Positions 60,916 to 64,000 of a stretch of 64,000 nucleotides of DNA are shown here, piece by piece. The stretch is taken from contig NIVC01003582.1 in NCBI GenBank assembly GCA_002269645.1, positions 25,753 to 89,752 on the forward strand, given 5' to 3'. The DNA comes from Macrostomum lignano (taxonomy: Eukaryota). How positions within the stretch are numbered: position 1 is the first letter of the stretch; the number at the start of each line of letters is the position of its first letter. The notes under the pieces were generated by a model, which worked only from the letters and a program-made list of their open reading frames with translations, did no database searches and was not told where the DNA came from. A program made the translations under genes and the position numbers.

Positions 60916-61735
60916 GATCCATGAGAATCGAGGAGGCCCTGCATGCTGGGGAATCATTGGGCTCATTGCGCAGCTGATCCATGAGAATCCAAGAGAGGCC
61001 CTGCATGCTGGGGAATGATTTGGCTCATTGCGCAGCTGATCCATGAGAATCCAAGAGAGGCCCTGCATGCTGGGGAATGATTTGGCTCATTGCGCAGCTG
61101 ATCCATGAGAATCCAAGAGAGGCCCTGCATGCTGGGAATGATTTGGCTCATTGCGCAGCTGATCCATGAGAATCCAAGAGAGGCCCTGCATGTTGGGGAA
61201 TCATTGGGGTCATTGCGCAGCTGATCCATGAGAATCCAAGAGAGGCCCTGCATGCTGGGGAATGATTTGGCTCATTGCGCAACTGATCCATGAGAGGCCC
61301 TGCATGCTGGGGAATCATTGGGGTCATTGCGCAGCTGATCCATGAGAATCGAGGAGGCCCTGCATGCTGGGGAATGATTTGGCTCATTGCGCAGCTGATC
61401 CATGAGAATCCGTGAGAGGCCCTGCATGCTGGGGAATCATTGGGTCATTATGCAGCTGATCCATGAGAGGCCCCGCATGCTGGGGAATCATTGGGTCATT
61501 ATGCAGCTGATCCATGAGAGGCCCCGCATGCTGGGGAATCATTGGGGTCATTGCGCAGCTGATCCATGAGAGGCCCTGCATGCTGGGGAATCATTGGGGT
61601 CATTGCGCAGCTGATCCATGAGAATCGAGGAGGCCCTGCATGCTGGGGAATCATTGGGGTCATTGCGCAGCTGATCCATGAGAATCCAAGAGAGGCAGTG
61701 CATGCTGGGAATCATTGGGGTCATTGCGCATCATG
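60916..61735. repeat. 62/51-bp minisatellite, about 14 copies
   Basis: The unit is GATCCATGAG(AATCCAAGAG)AGGCCCTGCATGCTGGGGAATGATTTGGCTCATTGCGCAGCT. Confidence 0.95.
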
Positions 61736-62319
61736 ATTAATATGCTAGGTTGGGAATGACTTGTTTATCTTATCAGTTAACTTTCTACAATCGACAAGAG
61801 AGCAGTGGAGTTGATAGAACACATAACAGTGTACCTTTGATCCAAGGCGAGTGATGGCAGTGTGACAGTGCTTAGACAGAGAGCAAACTCGATCTGTCTT
61901 CACTCCGCCAGCCGCGCTGTCCTTGTAGCCCTCATCGCCCTCGCCCTGGTCCGCTGCTGTCTTTGTTCCTCGACAGCGCAGGCGGCATCGAAGGAGTCGC
62001 GGCGAGCTCGGCCTCGTCCTGCCGCAGCTGCTCAACCCGAAGCCCACCGCTGAGTGATGGAGAACAGAGACTGTAGCGCTGGAGGCGGCAGCTGTCGGAC
62101 CCCGCAGCCGCTTCCAACTCCGACGGCGCCACTGCCGCTGCCGCCGACGCCGGCGGCTGACAGCTGCGTGAACAGCGACTTGCTGGCCTGCACGCGCGGG
62201 TACTTGGAGTTTGGACGGCGAGCCGCTGCGGCACCCGCGACTCTCGCAGCAGCCGTCGATGCTGAAGGCATGCTGAAGGTTTTCGTTAGCAGCATCGTCG
62301 CCTTCCTCCGACGCAGCCG

Positions 62320-62487
62320 TCACTGTCGAACCGGCAGCGCTGCCTGCGCTCCGGCCGTCGGCTGCTCCTCCGCTTTTCTACGACGTCGGCGCTCCTCGCG
62401 TTCAGCCTCGCGACGGCGCAGCTCGGAGGGATCGATGGGCTCGCCAGAGCAGCTCTGCGGCTGAGAGTTGTGCGCGGGCCGGCGGAC
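62320..62487 (-). CDS. Probable 3' coding exon of an unidentified gene that extends beyond the window
   Basis: The acceptor is CTGCAG|GTC at 62487. It reads VRRPAHNSQPQSCSGEPIDPSELRRREAEREERRRRRKAEEQ..PVRQ* with GC-rich, coding-like composition. No family was recognised. Confidence 0.45.
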   Translation of the reverse strand, partial: VRRPAHNSQPQSCSGEPIDPSELRRREAEREERRRRRKAEEQPTAGAQAALPVRQ

Positions 62488-62514
62488 CTGCAGTCGGACA
62501 GGAGATTTAGAGAA

Positions 62515-63978
62515 ATGAGATCCCAGATCCCGATCTCCCCAGATCCCGATCCCAGATCCCGATCCCAGATCCCGATCCCCGATCCCGATCCAGATCCCGA
62601 TCCAGATCCGATCCCAGATCCCGATCCAGATCCCGATCCCAAGATCCCGATCCGGATCCCGATCCCGATCCCGATCCCAGATCCCGATCCCAGATCCCGA
62701 TCCCAGATCCGATCCAGATCCCGATCCCAGATCCCGATCCCAGATCCCGATCCCAGATCCCGATCCCAGATCCCGATCCAGATCCCGATCCCAGATCCCG
62801 ATCCCAGATCCCGATCCCAGATCCCGATCCCAGATCCGATCCCAGATCCCGATCCCAGATCCCGATCCCAGATCCCGATCCCAGATCCCGATCCCAGATC
62901 CCGATCCCAGATCCCGATCCAGATCCCGATCCCAGATCCCGATCCCAGATCCCGATCCAGATCCCGATCCCAGATCCCGATCCCAGATCCCGATCCCAGA
63001 TCCGATCCCAGATCCCGATCCCAGATCCCGATCCCAGATCCCGATCCCAGATCCCGATCCCAGATCCCGATCCCAGATCCCGATCCCAGATCCCGATCCC
63101 AGATCCGATCCAGATCCCGATCCAGATCCCGATCCCAGATCCGATCCCAGATCCGATCCCAGATCCCGATCCCAGATCCCGATCCCAGATCCCGATCCCA
63201 GATCCCGATCCCAGATCCCGATCCAGATCCCGATCCAGATCCCGATCCCAGATCCCGATCCCAGATCCCGATCCCAGATCCCGATCCCAGATCCCGATCC
63301 CAGATCCGACCAGATCCCGATCCCAGATCCGATCCAGATCCCGATCCCAGATCCCGATCCCAGATCCGATCCAGATCCCGATCCCAGATCCGATCCCAGA
63401 TCCCGATCCCAGATCCCGATCCCAGATCCGATCCCAGATCCCGATCCAGATCCCGATCCCAGATCCCGATCCCAGATCCCGATCCCAAGATCCCGATCCC
63501 AGATCCCGATCCCAGATCCCGATCCAGATCCGATCCCAGATCCGATCCCAGATCCCGATCCAGATCCCGATCCCAGATCCCGATCCCAGATCCCGATCCA
63601 GATCCCGATCCCAGATCCGATCCCAGATCCCGATCCCAGATCCCGATCCAGATCCGATCCCAGATCCCGATCCCAGATCCCGATCCCAGATCCGATCCCA
63701 GATCCGATCCCAGATCCCGATCCCAGATCCCGATCCAGATCCGATCCCAGATCCCGATCCCAGATCCCGATCCCAGATCCCGATCCCAGATCCGATCCCA
63801 GATCCCGATCCCAGATCCCGATCCCAGATCCCGATCCAGATCCGATCCCAGATCCGATCCAGATCCCGCAGATCCCGATCCCAGATCCGATCCCAGATCC
63901 GATCCCAGATCCCGATCCCAGATCCCGATCCCAGATCCCGATCCCAGATCCCGATCCCAGATCCCGATCCAGATCCCA
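62515..63978. repeat. 13-bp satellite (GATCCCAGATCCC) with frequent 1-nt indels
   Basis: About 1.46 kb. It generates the spurious 509-568 aa ORFs. Confidence 0.97.
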
Positions 63979-64000
63979 GTCCACAGCAACAATTGGTAGG

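Noticed and set aside
60916-61735. Relationship between the 62-bp array and the 51-bp array at 2087-2670 (shared AATCATTCCC(C)AG)
   Set aside because: Only about 12 bp are shared, which is compatible with chance.
62286-63999. 509-568 aa ORFs (GSGIWDRD/PDPRS repeats)
   Set aside because: These are translations of a stop-free 13-bp satellite, open on both strands.

Overview
This is eukaryotic (metazoan) genomic DNA with GT-AG introns and many minisatellites. The gene and repeat style suggests a flatworm such as Macrostomum, but that is inference only. Host genes are: the 3' end of a Cys-loop receptor, a claudin/PMP22-family gene with two alternative TM1+ECL1 modules, a 2-exon DEG/ENaC channel, a 4-exon Src-family kinase, a TspO-like membrane protein, a class A GPCR, a 4-exon multi-C2H2 zinc-finger gene whose introns are filled with satellites, and one exon of a minus-strand gene at the right edge. 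Mobile DNA includes a 10.4 kb degenerate Ty3/Gypsy element (24989-35431, TSD CAGT) with three nested insertions, a 3.5 kb Gypsy lacking protease and RT, solo LTRs and MITEs. The main novelty candidates are: (1) a cold-shock-like OB domain between the Gag CCHC knuckle and the protease of the large Gypsy; (2) swappable first-loop exons in the claudin-like gene; (3) a local block of near-total CpG loss with CpA>TpA (RIP-like) decay at about 49.6-53.5 kb. All calls were made by eye, exon models are predictions, and no database searches were run.
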